In this document: piece by piece, positions 39,469 through 64,000 of the stretch
Position numbering within the stretch: position 1 is the stretch's first letter
Layout of the letters: each line of letters begins with the position of its first letter
Assembly (NCBI GenBank): GCA_964035545.1
Contig: OZ037765.1
Location: 20,708,995 to 20,772,994, forward strand
Reading direction: 5' to 3'
Source: Bugula neritina
Lineage: Eukaryota; Animalia; Bryozoa
Length of the DNA stretch: 64,000 nucleotides
The notes under the pieces: generated by a model
What the model saw: the letters and a program-made list of their open reading frames with translations, nothing else
What the model was told of the DNA's origin: nothing
Databases searched by the model: none
Program-made: the position numbers and the translations under genes

Positions 39469-40685
39469 TTTAACTTTTGTTTAGATAAACAGATTCTTAA
39501 TTGATTTACTTATAATCTGTAGCAAATCCTTAGCTCATGATATATTTTAATTCTTTAGACCTAATAGTTTATTAAGTTTGCAAATGTTTCCATACGTAGA
39601 GTGAACTAAAAAAGCTATAAGTAGGTTGTGCTATAGTCAGAATGTGTATGCTAACTCTTAAACAATCTGTGGATTATGATTAAAATAGTGGATTTAGATG
39701 CTAATAAACTCTTTAATGGATTACACATAGTTATCTAATAATGTATGTAATAATTATCACCAATAAATGTCATCAAACTAGTCATGTGTGCCATATTAAT
39801 ATATAATTTAAATTTAAAATGATGCTTTTGTAGATAGGTAAGTCAATGCTGACAGAAAGCTAAACTCACTAAACTCAAGCCATATAGAACTGGAAAAAAA
39901 CTACCCAGGACATAACATTATTATAACGTAAAATTTAAGTTTATTTTTATCGTAATTTATCTCATCCATGTACATTTTTGTAGAATATTAACACTAAGCA
40001 GTTTAATAAACAATTTTTTTAGCTGAGATGTTGTGTAGCAACTGAAGACCCTCAATTCTATATAAAGGAGTGTATGCTTTTTGATAACTGTGCTTTAAAT
40101 TTTACACCAACTTAATTATATTTCTATTGCTTTGTGAGAATATTTTTATATTGAACTTTATGATTAAAATATTAGGTTTTCTTTTGCCATAAAGCTATAC
40201 ACTGTTTAAATATTAACATTATGCCTGATAATTTAAAACAACTCACTGAACGTTGAAAAATATTCATAGGTTTAAAACATATTATATTTATTCAAGATAT
40301 AAGAAGATGCAGTTTGATAAATAAGGCAAAAAATAATTTGGTTAAACAACTACTATGTATTAATAGGTTATACGAGCTCTACAGAGTATATTATACGGCA
40401 GTTATTATTAACTCTGCTCATAATCTTTAGCATTAAAAAGATTAAAAAAATATTAGGATATAAAATCTGTTACTTTGAATTGTAGAAACACTATGTATTA
40501 AATAAATTATCACAAATTTATTATATCACGGAAATACAATGATGTAGCTATAGTCTTACATTAACTAAACTAATCATTTTTTATTAGTAGGCAAGATTTT
40601 ATAGAAATAAAATTAGTTGTCATCAGTCAAAATAACCTTGTGTGCATTCAGGTAGACACTGCTACACGCCGTATGTTGAGTTTCT

Positions 40686-64000
<23,315 letters not shown>

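Overview
AT-rich, intron-dense animal (invertebrate-type) genomic DNA; the species cannot be determined from the sequence. The window holds three paralogous multi-exon genes for type-I membrane glycoproteins with the MUC4/SUSD2/mesh-type core NIDO-AMOP-vWD(GDPH)-Cys-rich-EGF/cbEGF array-SEA-like(furin site)-TM. Gene A (+, <408..14313) is 5'-incomplete and has an N-terminal LDLa. Gene B (+, 18299..31972) is complete, with a signal peptide and micro-exons. Gene C (-, >64000..~40686) is 5'-incomplete and has an extra NIDO, a PTTTTT mucin exon and a duplicated EGF+SEA-like module. All exons were mapped by hand from splice sites and frame continuity. The paralogs are strongly diverged overall but share short near-identical patches, including one whole intron, which points to patchwork gene conversion. 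Their termini and a Cys-bounded NIDO loop differ radically. Mobile DNA includes a Penelope-like element with inverted pLTRs carrying minimal hammerhead-ribozyme motifs, an older pLTR-only relative, an internally deleted RTE LINE plus a 38-bp 3'-end insertion of the same family, two MITEs and a tRNA-like short repeat family. A decayed set of Thr-rich mini-exons lies between genes B and C.
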